Part shown: positions 19,034-28,826 of the stretch, piece after piece
How the letters are laid out: each line of letters begins with the position of its first letter
Numbering within the stretch: position 1 is the first letter of the stretch
DNA from: Spirochaetes bacterium RBG_16_49_21
Lineage (GTDB): Bacteria > Spirochaetota > UBA4802 > UBA5550
Assembly: GCA_001829495.1 (NCBI GenBank)
Contig: MIBJ01000068.1
Location: 46,560 to 110,559 of the forward strand
Reading direction: 5' to 3'
Length of the DNA: 64,000 bases
Notes under the pieces: model-generated
What the model was told of the DNA's origin: nothing
The model's input: only the letters and a program-made list of their open reading frames with translations
Databases searched by the model: none
Program-made: the position numbers and the translations under genes

Positions 19034-20140
19034 ATGCCGGAGACTTCACCATTAAAATCGAAAGGCGCCGTCGTTCTCATTACCGGAGGCTCCGGGTTCC
19101 TGGGCGCAGCACTGGTGCGGGAGCTTCTCAAAGAAAGCCATGAATCCCCCATCAGGGCTAAGGATATCCGCCTATTCGACATCAGGCCGCCGGATCATAT
19201 TCATGACGGGCGGGTACAATACATTTCGGGCGACATCCGCTCGCTTGAGGCTCTGAAAAAGGCTTGCAGGGATGTTGATATAGTATTTCACGCAGGAGCG
19301 CTCATCGACTGGGGGCAGCGCCCGCGTACTCTCTTGTATGACGTGAACGTCAACGGCACGAACCGGGTGATTGCCGCGGCGAAGGCCTCAAGGGTCAAAG
19401 CGCTGGTCTATACGAGCACGATGGACGTCCTCTATGCGGGCCGGCCCATCATAAACGGCGATGAACGAGCCCCCTTGCCCAAAAGATACACGATGGCATA
19501 TGCGGAGACAAAAGCGCTTGCGGAGTGGGCGGTGCTTGCGGCGAATGCTCCGGTTCATGATACCAGCGGGCAAAAGAAAACCGGGTCTCTGCGCACCTGC
19601 GCGATCCGGCCCTGCGGCATGTTCGGCGAAGGCGACCCGTATCATGTAAGCTCGTTTTTACGAATGGCGCAGAAGGGGAGGCTTTCCTTCCGCATCGGCA
19701 ATGGAAAGGCTCTGTTCCAGCACGTTTATGTCGGCAATGTCGCGCATGCGCACCTGCTCGCCGCCAAATCCCTTCTTGAGCAGGGGGGAATCGCGGCGGG
19801 AAGGGTATATTTCATCACCGACTTTGAGGCGAAAAATTTCTTTGATTACCTGGAGCCGATAATCAGCGGCATAGGCTATTCGATGCCTCCAAAAGGGAGA
19901 AGCCTGCCGATGCCCCTCGTATACGCCATAGCATGGATAGTCGATTGGACGTCAAAAATATCCCGGCCCCTGTTTCGCTTTTATCCTCAACTGAACCGGA
20001 CAAGCGTGGCAATGGTCAGCAGGGACCTCACCTTCACCGGCGAAAGGGCGCGCGCCGAGCTCGGATACCGTCCCCTCTATACCGAAGAGGAGGCAATCGC
20101 CCGGACTATTGAATACTTCAAATCCCACGGTCCGGTATGA
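19034..20140 (+). CDS. Extended SDR, 3-beta-hydroxysteroid dehydrogenase/NAD-dependent epimerase family
   Basis: TGGSGFLG Rossmann motif, catalytic YAETK, IRPCGMFGEGD, YVGNVAHAHLLAA. Confidence 0.85.
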   Translation: MPETSPLKSKGAVVLITGGSGFLGAALVRELLKESHESPIRAKDIRLFDIRPPDHIHDGRVQYISGDIRSLEALKKACRDVDIVFHAGALIDWGQRPRTLLYDVNVNGTNRVIAAAKASRVKALVYTSTMDVLYAGRPIINGDERAPLPKRYTMAYAETKALAEWAVLAANAPVHDTSGQKKTGSLRTCAIRPCGMFGEGDPYHVSSFLRMAQKGRLSFRIGNGKALFQHVYVGNVAHAHLLAAKSLLEQGGIAAGRVYFITDFEAKNFFDYLEPIISGIGYSMPPKGRSLPMPLVYAIAWIVDWTSKISRPLFRFYPQLNRTSVAMVSRDLTFTGERARAELGYRPLYTEEEAIARTIEYFKSHGPV

Positions 20141-20292
20141 AATTTTACTTGAAAAACCGAATTCAGGCTTAATAATGACTTGTCAAGGCGGGAGCATCGC
20201 CTTTTTATGCCGATACCGGCGGCTGATCATGGTGCTCATACCAAAAGCTCCCGATTGGAAAGGGGCTTTATGCGAGAGATTGCAAGAATACA

Positions 20293-20658
20293 ATGACGCG
20301 AAACGGAAAATTAGCTGAAGATAATATCGTCAACAGCATTATCGGAGAAGGCTCGGATTTCAAGGGGGAATTCAAAATCAACGGCCTCCTGAGGATCGAC
20401 GGGAATTTCCAGGGCACGATCGAGACCGACGGCAAGGTCCTCATCGGCCAGAGCGGCAGCGCGGTCACGGACATCAAAGCGCGCCTTGTCGTCGTCGGCG
20501 GATCGGTCCGGGGGAACATCTTCGCCACCGAGCGGGTCATCTTTCTGTCAACAGGAGTCATAAAAGGAAACATCATCACGCCGAGCCTCATCATGGAGGA
20601 AGGCGTGAAATTTGAGGGCAACTGCACCATTAATAAAAAAATAGACGGGATACAATGA
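20293..20658 (+). CDS. Bactofilin (polymer-forming cytoskeletal protein)
   Basis: NSIIGEGSDFKG..LRIDG..G..EEGVKFEGNC beta-helix repeats. Confidence 0.9.
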   Translation: MTRNGKLAEDNIVNSIIGEGSDFKGEFKINGLLRIDGNFQGTIETDGKVLIGQSGSAVTDIKARLVVVGGSVRGNIFATERVIFLSTGVIKGNIITPSLIMEEGVKFEGNCTINKKIDGIQ

Positions 20659-21101
20659 TCGAGATCACGAACACACGCTCAAAAAAAGACGAGCAGGAAA
20701 AAGTGACCAAAAAGGGAAAGCTCGCGTCGGTCAAGAGGGGAGGCAAAACCTTTTCTTCACACCTGTCCAAGATCATTGACCTTGAATTCCAGGGCAGTAT
20801 TGAAGAGCTTCTGGAAGACCTGAAAGATCAGGAGAAGCGCTTTTTAGACCAGCAGACGGGCCATGAACTCGACCGGTACAAGGCTCTCCTGCATACAATC
20901 ATCAAGTCCATACTGGCCGAGGGACTGCGCGAAAAAACGCTGAAGCGCAAGAAAAAAAACTGGGGGGATTTCGTCGTTATCGAGAAGATCAACGCCAAGC
21001 TCCTGGAGATCACCGGCGCCATAACCAGGCAGAACAAGGCCTTCAATCTCCTGAAAACAATCGAGGAGATCCGGGGCCTCATCCTTGATTTGATATACTG
21101 A
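20655..21101 (+). CDS. YaaR/DUF327 family protein
   Basis: C-terminal IEEIRGLILDL signature; lies between bactofilin and holB. Confidence 0.8.
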   Translation: MIEITNTRSKKDEQEKVTKKGKLASVKRGGKTFSSHLSKIIDLEFQGSIEELLEDLKDQEKRFLDQQTGHELDRYKALLHTIIKSILAEGLREKTLKRKKKNWGDFVVIEKINAKLLEITGAITRQNKAFNLLKTIEEIRGLILDLIY

Positions 21102-21118
21102 TTCGTCCCCGTACCCGC

Positions 21119-22117
21119 ATGAACACCACCGGCATAATCGGTCATAAACGACAGCTCGATACCTTAAGCCTGCTCTTATGGAATAATACCGTCCCGCACA
21201 CCATGCTGTTCACGGGAATAGCCGGCATCGGGAAAAAGCTCGTCGCCCGGCGCTTTCTCGCCGCACTGTTCTGCCCCGGCCAGGAGCCTCCCTGCCTCCA
21301 ATGCCCCGCGTGCATTCAGGCTGCGGGGAAAACCCTGCCGGACATGATAGAGCTTCACCCGGACGAGAAGGGAACCATTCCGATCGGCGGCGCCGACCGG
21401 GTCGAAGAGGGGAGCGTGCGGTGGCTCATCGGCCGCCTCTCGAAAAAATCGATGTCCGGGAAATACGGCGTGCTCATCAATGGAGCCGAGGCAATCTCCA
21501 TACCCGGACAGAACGCGTTATTAAAAACCATCGAGGAGCCGCAGGCAGGCGCGCACATCATTATCATCGCCTCCAATAAATCGCTCGTCCTGCCCACCAT
21601 CCAATCCCGCTGCATGGTGCTGCCCTTCAATCCGCTCGGCAGCGACGAGATGAAACAGATACTGGCGAATGCGTCCGGGTCATCCGATCCGGAGCTCATA
21701 GCGGAGCTGTCGGGCGGCTCCATGGAGATAGCGATCATACTGTCGCAGGACGGCATGCTGGAAGTCATCGCCGGCATCTGCCGCGATATCACCCGGCATC
21801 TAAATGCGGGAGCCGTCCTCACTTTGGATTTCTCCGCATTACAAAAAAAAATCAACATGGACGTCCTCCTCTCCATTCTCCTCAACATTTACCGCAGCAT
21901 CCTCGCTCCGGAAATCATGAGCGCGCCGCTTCATCCCTATCTGGCGGATCTGAGAATCCCCCAAATACAAAAGTTGAGGAAATTAATTAAAATTCTGCTT
22001 GCCCTCAAGAAAGGACTCGCAAATAATTTAAACATCCGAAATGCCCTGAAGGGATTGTTGTATTCCATTGAGCGGTTTGACGGATTCGGCCTGCCGAAGC
22101 TTGATTCTACCATATAA
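21119..22117 (+). CDS. holB: DNA polymerase III delta' subunit
   Basis: PHTMLFTGIAGIGK, zinc C-x-PCLQCPAC, QNALLKTIEEP, LPTIQSRC. Confidence 0.9.
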   Translation: MNTTGIIGHKRQLDTLSLLLWNNTVPHTMLFTGIAGIGKKLVARRFLAALFCPGQEPPCLQCPACIQAAGKTLPDMIELHPDEKGTIPIGGADRVEEGSVRWLIGRLSKKSMSGKYGVLINGAEAISIPGQNALLKTIEEPQAGAHIIIIASNKSLVLPTIQSRCMVLPFNPLGSDEMKQILANASGSSDPELIAELSGGSMEIAIILSQDGMLEVIAGICRDITRHLNAGAVLTLDFSALQKKINMDVLLSILLNIYRSILAPEIMSAPLHPYLADLRIPQIQKLRKLIKILLALKKGLANNLNIRNALKGLLYSIERFDGFGLPKLDSTI

Positions 22118-22127
22118 GGTGATTGCG

Positions 22128-23000
22128 ATGGAAATATCAGCGGTGAAATTGCGGAACAGCTTTCAAATAAATTACGTGGCTACGAACAATCTGTTCGTCA
22201 AGCAGGGAGCGCTGTGCCTGGTCGAGACCGAGCACGGGGTTGATATCGGTTACGTGTTCAAGTGCAGAAGATTCCGGCATGATCCCGGCGTCGAGGTGAA
22301 GGGAAAGCTCCTCAGGATCACGTCGCCGGACGACCTGAAGCAGGTTCCGGAGATCGAGGCGATCGAAAAAAACGCCTTTGCTCAGTGCAATGAAAAGGCC
22401 GGGGCTAAAAAGCTCCAGATGAAACTCATCTCGGTAAAATGCCTCTTTGACCGGACCAAAATAATATTCTATTTCGTCGCGGAAAACCGGATAGATTTTC
22501 GGGAGCTCGTACGCGAGCTCGCCTCGATTTTCAGGACCAGAATCGAGATGCGTCAGATCGGGGTGAGGGACGAGGCGCGGCTCGTGGGCGGATACGGGCC
22601 GTGCGGCAAACAGCTCTGCTGCGTGCACCAGAAGGATGAATTCGAGCCCGTATCCATAAAGATGGCAAAGGAGCAGAGCCTCAATCTCAACTCCCTCAAG
22701 ATATCGGGGATGTGCGGCCGCCTCCTCTGCTGCCTGGGCTATGAATACAAGCTGTACAAGGAGACAAATGACCGGATGCCCCGGCTGGGAGCTGAAATCC
22801 GGGCAGGGGATGCAACATACGTCATAACCGGGATCGACACCCTGAAGGAAACCATACAGATGCGGCACGAGGGCCGCACCGTGGAGGTGCTGAATTCGGA
22901 CGTTGAACTGGAGAGCGACGCCTATATCCTCAGGAAGGATATCGTCACTAAAATCGAGAACGCGGACGACGACCATGAAGAGGACGCGTATAAACTGTAA
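22128..23000 (+). CDS. PSP1/YaaT (RicT) family protein
   Basis: RIDFRELV..RIEMRQIGVRDEA..GPCGKQLCC..ISGMCGRLLCCLGYE. Confidence 0.92.
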   Translation: MEISAVKLRNSFQINYVATNNLFVKQGALCLVETEHGVDIGYVFKCRRFRHDPGVEVKGKLLRITSPDDLKQVPEIEAIEKNAFAQCNEKAGAKKLQMKLISVKCLFDRTKIIFYFVAENRIDFRELVRELASIFRTRIEMRQIGVRDEARLVGGYGPCGKQLCCVHQKDEFEPVSIKMAKEQSLNLNSLKISGMCGRLLCCLGYEYKLYKETNDRMPRLGAEIRAGDATYVITGIDTLKETIQMRHEGRTVEVLNSDVELESDAYILRKDIVTKIENADDDHEEDAYKL

Positions 23001-23092
23001 CCGGCACCGATCGAGACCGGTAAATATACCCCCCCACGGGAACGAAGTCAGCCCCCCCCCGGGGGGTTGGAGGGCTTTAAAAGGAAGATTTC

Positions 23093-25048
23093 ATGCAAGA
23101 GAGATTCTACGTCACTACGCCCATATACTACGTAAATGCCGAGCCGCACATCGGGCATGCCTATACCACGATCCTCGCCGATTTTATGAGCAGGTTTTAC
23201 GCCATGCTGGGGTACGACTCCTATTTCCTCACCGGAACCGACGAGCATGGCGATAAGATTTACCAGGCCGCGAAGGCCCATAACACCACTCCCCAGAAAT
23301 ATGCGGACAGAATCAGCGGTATTTTCAGAAAGACCTGGACGGATATGGGAATCCGTTACGATGACTTCATTCGAACCTCGGAAAAACGACATATCGCCGT
23401 TGTACAGGAAATTCTCAAAAGGGTGTACGAGAACGGCGATATCTATTTCGGCAGCTACGGCGGCTTCTACTGCGTGGGATGCGAGCGGTTTTTGACCGAG
23501 AAGGAAATGGTCAACGGCGCATGCCCGGATCACGGCATCACCCTCAATTATATAGAAGAAAAGAACTACTTCTTCAAGATGAGCAGATACCAGGACTGGC
23601 TCATGGCCCATATCGGGAAAAATCCTGATTTCATCAGACCCGAGCGGTATCGGAACGAGGTCATGGCCCTGCTGAAGAGCGAGGTTCTGGAGGACCTGTG
23701 CATCTCCCGGCCCAAGTCGCGGCTGCAGTGGGGGATCACCCTCCCCTTTGATGAAAACTACGTCACGTATGTCTGGTTCGACGCCCTCATAAACTACGTG
23801 AGCGCCCTGGGCTATCCGGACGGGGAGAAATTTATCAAATACTGGCCCGTTGTGGAGCACATCATAGCCAAGGACATCGTGAAGCCGCACGGCATTTTCT
23901 GGCCGACCATGCTTAAGGCGGCCGGCATCCAGCAGTACCGCCATCTGAACGTGCACGGCTATTGGAACATGCAGGAGGCGAAGATGTCCAAGAGCCTGGG
24001 TAACGTGGTGACTCCACAGGCTCTCATCGACCGGTACGGCAACGACCAGATCCGCTATTTTTTTTTACGCGAGATGAATTTCGGCAACGACGCCAAATTC
24101 AGCGAAGAGGTGATCGTCGACCGCATCAACTACGATCTTGCCAATGATTTGGGGAACCTGGTGAACCGGGTCTGCACCATGACGATCCGGTACTTCGACG
24201 GCCGCATCCCGGCGTTTCATCCGGAAGAGCCGGCCGGGCGAAACGATCTGGTGGACCGCTTCACTGCGTCCATGGAGGAATACCGGGCAGCCGTGAAAAA
24301 TTTTCAGACGAGCACCGGCCTGGAAAAGCTGTGGGAATTCATCCGCCACCTGAATAAATACGTGGACGCGAACAAGCCCTGGCAGCTCGCCAAGGAAAAC
24401 GGCTCCGCCCTCCTCTCATCCGTCATGAGGAATCTCCTGGAGGGGGTGCACGGGATTTCCGTGCTCCTGTCGCCGGTGCTCGTCCAGTCCAGCGCGACGG
24501 TCATCCGCGCCCTCAAGGCTCAGACAACAACGCGGGATATAGCGAGCCTTGGAACCTTCAACCTCCTCGCGGAGGGGGAAAAAATATCCGATCCGGGAAT
24601 TCTCTTCCCCCGGCTGGAGCGGAGAGCCGGGGAAGCGGATACCCGGCAGAATGAAAAATCAGAAAAAACGGGAGGCGCACCCATGACACCAGATCAACCA
24701 TCAAGCCAAAAGGGAGAAGGGCTCATCGATATTTCCGAATTTGGGCGGATCGATATCCGGGTGGCAAAGATTCTCACAGCAGCCAGGATCGAAGGCTCGG
24801 AAAAGCTCCTGGAGCTTACGGTCGATTCCGGCCTGGACGAGCGCACCATAGTCGCCGGCATAGCCCCGTGGTACGCTCCCGAGCAAATCGTCGGCAAAAA
24901 TATCCTCCTCGTGGCCAATCTCAAGCCGGCCACGCTTTTCAAGAGAACGTCGCACGGGATGCTTCTGGCGGCTAAAGCCGCCGGCTCTGAGCGGCCTGTC
25001 CTGATCATGATCGACGATTCAATTCCGGCGGGGGCAAAGCTCGGCTAG
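23093..25048 (+). CDS. metG: Methionine--tRNA ligase with C-terminal tRNA-binding domain
   Basis: TTPIYYVN..PHIGH, YVWFDAL, KMSKSLGN, C-terminal OB fold. Confidence 0.98.
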   Translation: MQERFYVTTPIYYVNAEPHIGHAYTTILADFMSRFYAMLGYDSYFLTGTDEHGDKIYQAAKAHNTTPQKYADRISGIFRKTWTDMGIRYDDFIRTSEKRHIAVVQEILKRVYENGDIYFGSYGGFYCVGCERFLTEKEMVNGACPDHGITLNYIEEKNYFFKMSRYQDWLMAHIGKNPDFIRPERYRNEVMALLKSEVLEDLCISRPKSRLQWGITLPFDENYVTYVWFDALINYVSALGYPDGEKFIKYWPVVEHIIAKDIVKPHGIFWPTMLKAAGIQQYRHLNVHGYWNMQEAKMSKSLGNVVTPQALIDRYGNDQIRYFFLREMNFGNDAKFSEEVIVDRINYDLANDLGNLVNRVCTMTIRYFDGRIPAFHPEEPAGRNDLVDRFTASMEEYRAAVKNFQTSTGLEKLWEFIRHLNKYVDANKPWQLAKENGSALLSSVMRNLLEGVHGISVLLSPVLVQSSATVIRALKAQTTTRDIASLGTFNLLAEGEKISDPGILFPRLERRAGEADTRQNEKSEKTGGAPMTPDQPSSQKGEGLIDISEFGRIDIRVAKILTAARIEGSEKLLELTVDSGLDERTIVAGIAPWYAPEQIVGKNILLVANLKPATLFKRTSHGMLLAAKAAGSERPVLIMIDDSIPAGAKLG

Positions 25049-25051
25049 CGT

Positions 25052-25543
25052 ATGAAAATCGGCATTCTCTCCGACACTCACAACAATATCGAGGTGACAA
25101 AAAAAGCGATCGGCATTTTCATCGAAAACAAGGTCGATCTCATCGTTCATGCCGGGGACATCACCTCGCCCAGAATGCTTCGGCTGTTCAAGGGGCTCGA
25201 ATGCAAATTCGTGCTGGGGAACGGGGACATCGATGTCGAGGACCTGAATGCCGAATCCCAAAAGCTCGGTTTCGGAAACATCGAAAATTCCTGCATCTTC
25301 ACGACCGGCGACAAGAAAATCATCGTATTCCACGGCTACGACGTCCCCCAGTTCCGCAGGGCTCTGGCGTCAGGCGAATTCAACTACGTCATCAAAGGCC
25401 ATACCCATTTTTTCGAAAACTATGTGTCCAACAAAAGCCGGGTAATCAATCCCGGATCGCTCTACGGCACTGAAGAGTTTTCCGTGGCGATCCTCGATAC
25501 GGAGAGCGGGAGGGTGCAACGAATAGTGATCGAACCCGAATGA
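25052..25543 (+). CDS. YfcE-family metallophosphoesterase
   Basis: SDTH, HAGD, GNGD, FHG, GHTH, INPGS. Confidence 0.9.
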   Translation: MKIGILSDTHNNIEVTKKAIGIFIENKVDLIVHAGDITSPRMLRLFKGLECKFVLGNGDIDVEDLNAESQKLGFGNIENSCIFTTGDKKIIVFHGYDVPQFRRALASGEFNYVIKGHTHFFENYVSNKSRVINPGSLYGTEEFSVAILDTESGRVQRIVIEPE

Positions 25544-25554
25544 ATCCTGCCGGC

Positions 25555-25875
25555 TCACGCCGTGTCGTCCTTGTAACAATACCTGCACCCATGGATAAGA
25601 ATTTTCCTCTTCCCGTTCTCCTCAACCTCTGAGGCATAGAGCGCCTCGTATTTAGTAAGCTCCTTCCCGCACAGCGGGCAGAGCCGCGCACCCGGCGGCC
25701 GCTTAATGTTGAAGTAATCGACGAAATCGGGGTTTACGACGGGGGTGGTGGCCGGCGGTTTTTTGCGTGCCCGGAAGGCGTCGATCTTGTCCCTGCCCGA
25801 CCGGTAGGCTGAATAGAGATAGATAAAAACCGCAACCCCGATAATAAAGCCGATGAGATAGAGCAGTGCGGACAT
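25555..25875 (-). CDS. Hypothetical membrane-anchored zinc-ribbon protein
   Basis: N-terminal TM helix; CPLC...GCRYC. Confidence 0.65.
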   Translation of the reverse strand: MSALLYLIGFIIGVAVFIYLYSAYRSGRDKIDAFRARKKPPATTPVVNPDFVDYFNIKRPPGARLCPLCGKELTKYEALYASEVEENGKRKILIHGCRYCYKDDTA

Positions 25876-26603
25876 TACGATCTCCTGGCGACGAAATTTA
25901 TCATGACGGTGTCATCCCCCGGCGGCAGAAAGGTATAATCGCCGAAAATGCCGAGAAGGGAAAAACCGCTCTCGGACAGGAGCCGCTTTATCTCATCCAC
26001 CGAATAAATCCTCTGGACATGCTCTTCGACCGATATTTTTTCCCTCCGCTCGATTGTGATCCTCGAGCTGACCATCTTCCGGGCAGGGTCGTAGCTGTTG
26101 CTCCATTCCACGGAGCTGTCTTGTATCTGATACTTAGCCGTCTTCCCGTCAAAATTTTTGTAAATGTTATGCTCCGTGGTGACATCAAACATGAAGACGC
26201 TCGCCGCGTGCATGGCATCCCTCGCGCAGCAAAGCATCTTCCGGATGTCGGCATCCGCAAGCAGGTAGTTTATCGTATCGTGCACGGAGAAGATGAAGTC
26301 GATTTTTTTCGCAACATGAAAATTCGTCATGTCCGCGCACAGGATCCGGAAATTGAAGAACGCCCTGTTTTTGGCGACCCTGAGCATGTCAAGGGATTTG
26401 TCGATGCCGAAGACCGCATACCCGTCATTGGAGAATTTAGATCCGAACCTGCCCGTGCCGCACCCGAGCTCCAGAATGTAGTTCGGCCGCTCGATGTAGC
26501 GCTTCATGAGGGACACGATGTATTCGTACCACTCCTGGTAGTCCACGTGACGGAGGAGGGAGTCGTAGAACGGAGCGATGTCGGTGTAAGGCTCATTTCT
26601 CAT
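25875..26603 (-). CDS. Class I SAM-dependent methyltransferase
   Basis: YD...VDY, LELGCGTG, DTINYL; start moved to MRNEPY (RBS GGAGG). Confidence 0.88.
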   Translation of the reverse strand: MRNEPYTDIAPFYDSLLRHVDYQEWYEYIVSLMKRYIERPNYILELGCGTGRFGSKFSNDGYAVFGIDKSLDMLRVAKNRAFFNFRILCADMTNFHVAKKIDFIFSVHDTINYLLADADIRKMLCCARDAMHAASVFMFDVTTEHNIYKNFDGKTAKYQIQDSSVEWSNSYDPARKMVSSRITIERREKISVEEHVQRIYSVDEIKRLLSESGFSLLGIFGDYTFLPPGDDTVMINFVARRS

Positions 26604-26696
26604 GGCCTCCCGACCGGTACCGCCCGCCCGCTTTTTTGTCAAATATTAATCGAGTGGATTCATCGGCCGCCCGATGGTCGAGGAGGCCGTTTTTAT

Positions 26697-26735
26697 ATTT
26701 GACAAATATAAAGTTTAATTTTATATTTGTCAAAT
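26697..26735 (+). promoter_or_regulatory. Leaderless promoter embedded in a perfect 16-bp-arm inverted repeat
   Basis: ATTTGACAAATATAAA-7-TTTATATTTGTCAAAT contains TTGACA-17-TATATT-6nt-ATG (26734). Confidence 0.7.
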
Positions 26736-27936
26736 GATTAAAAGAAACATATCCTCGTTTATCAAGAAGTACTCCTCCCAATATCCCGTGATCGCTATCG
26801 TTGGCCCGCGGCAGAGCGGGAAGACCACTCTTTCCCGCTCCCTGTTTCCCGGTTACAAGTACCTATCGCTGGAGAATCTGGACCTCCGCCGGCGCGCTTC
26901 CGATGACCCCCGGGGCTTTCTCGACGATTACGGCGCAAACCTCATCCTGGATGAAATCCAGCGCGCTCCCGAGCTCTTTTCTTACCTCCAGGAAAGGGTC
27001 GACTTTGCCGATAAACCCGCCCAGTACGTAGTAACGGGATCGCAGCAATTCTTACTCATGGAAAGCGTGACGCAGTCTCTTGCCGGAAGGATCATCCTCG
27101 CGCGCCTTTATCCCTTCACTCTCAACGAATTATGGGAGGACGTCCGCGATACGGATACGGAGTCGATATTCAAGCTGAAAATTAAAAGGGCGTCCCCTCC
27201 TCCTTCGAAAATCGATCAAATACTATTCTCGGGCATGTATCCCCGCATACACGACAAAAAACTGGACCCGGTAAAATGGATTGAAAATTATATTTTAACC
27301 TATATTGAAAGGGACATACGGTCGCTGGTGAACGTTGATAACCTGCGCCTTTTCGAAAACTTCATAAAAGTATGCGCGTCGAATTCCGGCCAGGTTCTGA
27401 ATTACGCCTCTATTTCCGGTTCCACCGGCGTCTCTCAGCCGACCGTCAAGAAATGGATATCCCTTTTAGAAACCAGCGGCATACTTTTTCTTCTTCCGCC
27501 GCATCACGCGAATTTCAGGAAGCGGGTCATTAAAACTCCCAAGCTTTATTTTATTGATACGGGAGTGCTCTGTTTCCTCCTCGCCATCAGAAAGCCCGAT
27601 GAGCTGACCGGACATCCGCTTTATGGAAATATATTCGAGACGTTCATCATCAGCGAGCTGTACAAGCGGATTTCGCATACCGGCGAAATCCCGCCGCTTT
27701 ATTTCTGGAGGGATAAAACCGGAAATGAGATCGACCTGCTGGTTGATTTCGGCTCCAAGCTTTATCCGGTCGAGATTAAAAGCTCAAAGACCTTTAATAA
27801 GGATTTCACTTCAGGCATACGTAAATGGTTTGATCTCCCGGGCAACGAAAACTCCTCCGGACTGGTTATTTACGGCGGAGACGAGGTTGCCGGGAAATCT
27901 TCATCTATAGCGACAGTTCCCTGGTGGTATTTGTGA
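26734..27936 (+). CDS. AAA+ ATPase with DUF4143 / PD-(D/E)xK-like C-terminus
   Basis: GPRQSGKTT, LDEIQ, TGSQ..SLAGR, TPKLYFIDTG, EIDL...PVEIKS. Confidence 0.9.
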   Translation: MIKRNISSFIKKYSSQYPVIAIVGPRQSGKTTLSRSLFPGYKYLSLENLDLRRRASDDPRGFLDDYGANLILDEIQRAPELFSYLQERVDFADKPAQYVVTGSQQFLLMESVTQSLAGRIILARLYPFTLNELWEDVRDTDTESIFKLKIKRASPPPSKIDQILFSGMYPRIHDKKLDPVKWIENYILTYIERDIRSLVNVDNLRLFENFIKVCASNSGQVLNYASISGSTGVSQPTVKKWISLLETSGILFLLPPHHANFRKRVIKTPKLYFIDTGVLCFLLAIRKPDELTGHPLYGNIFETFIISELYKRISHTGEIPPLYFWRDKTGNEIDLLVDFGSKLYPVEIKSSKTFNKDFTSGIRKWFDLPGNENSSGLVIYGGDEVAGKSSSIATVPWWYL

Positions 27937-27978
27937 AAAAGCATATTTAAATTTTTTGGCTCATTCCAGAATAGACGC

Positions 27979-28395
27979 TCATTTCCAGGGATTGAGTATC
28001 TGTACGGTCATATTCGCGAAATCGGAGATGTTTCTTGTAACGAGTATATAGTTGTGCTCCGATGCCGTGCAGGCGATCAAACCGTCTATGACGGGGATAT
28101 GAATTCCGCGGTGTTTACGCCGCGCCCGCTCTTTTCCCCAGCGTATGCATATGTTGTCCGTTATGGGGAGCGTCGCATCTTTGTAAACTTCTTGGAAGTC
28201 GTTAAACCAGACGAGCAGGTCATTTTTCTTTTTGCTTTCCGGCAGTATTCCGATTCCATAATGAAGCTCGCCGATAGTGAGGCAGCTTATATACATCTGA
28301 TCTTCTTCGCACTGATTAAACCATTTCAGCACGCGCCCGTCGGGTTTTTGTTTCGTCAGTTCGGAAATGACGCAAGTGTCCAATAAGTAACTCAT
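27979..28395 (-). CDS. vapC: VapC-type PIN toxin
   Basis: YLLDTCVISE, GEL, DGLIA, LVTRN..DF. Confidence 0.92.
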   Translation of the reverse strand: MSYLLDTCVISELTKQKPDGRVLKWFNQCEEDQMYISCLTIGELHYGIGILPESKKKNDLLVWFNDFQEVYKDATLPITDNICIRWGKERARRKHRGIHIPVIDGLIACTASEHNYILVTRNISDFANMTVQILNPWK

Positions 28396-28652
28396 AACGG
28401 TACTTCCCTTCCCGCCTCACCGCTTCTCTCGATGGATATCTTAATATCCTTATGAGGCCTGTTAAGGAGAATCGATTTTTTTGATTTTTTTCCATGAGCA
28501 AATCTCTTGTTGTACATGTCCACATCAATAACATATACCACGGGCTTGCTGTTCTTCGTGACCAGCTGTGGAGCTCCCGCGGATGCTTTTTTCACGAGCT
28601 CGGAAAAACGGTTCTTAGCGTTTTGCAGTTGCCATACCACCGCATTCTTCAT
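28392..28652 (-). CDS. Phd/YefM-family antitoxin
   Basis: WQLQNAKNRFSELV..A..PQLVTK; overlaps the toxin start. Upstream TTGACA-17-TATATT with a TGTCTAG repeat operator at 28669-28687. Confidence 0.9.
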   Translation of the reverse strand: MKNAVVWQLQNAKNRFSELVKKASAGAPQLVTKNSKPVVYVIDVDMYNKRFAHGKKSKKSILLNRPHKDIKISIERSGEAGREVPL

Positions 28653-28826
28653 TTTCATCTCCTTAATATGTCTAGTCTGTCTAGACAGAATATAGTGGGT
28701 GGGTTGGTTTTTGTCAATATATTTTTCCGGCGTTAACGCCACCGATAAGGCGTTACGGCCTGCGGCTCATAGCGGACGTGGCATATTTATTATTGACACG
28801 CACCGCCCTCCTCTCCTAATACCTCC

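Noticed and set aside
19034-20140. Sterol biosynthesis pathway from the 3-beta-HSD-like gene
   Set aside because: Isolated extended SDR; no cyclase or other sterol genes are nearby.
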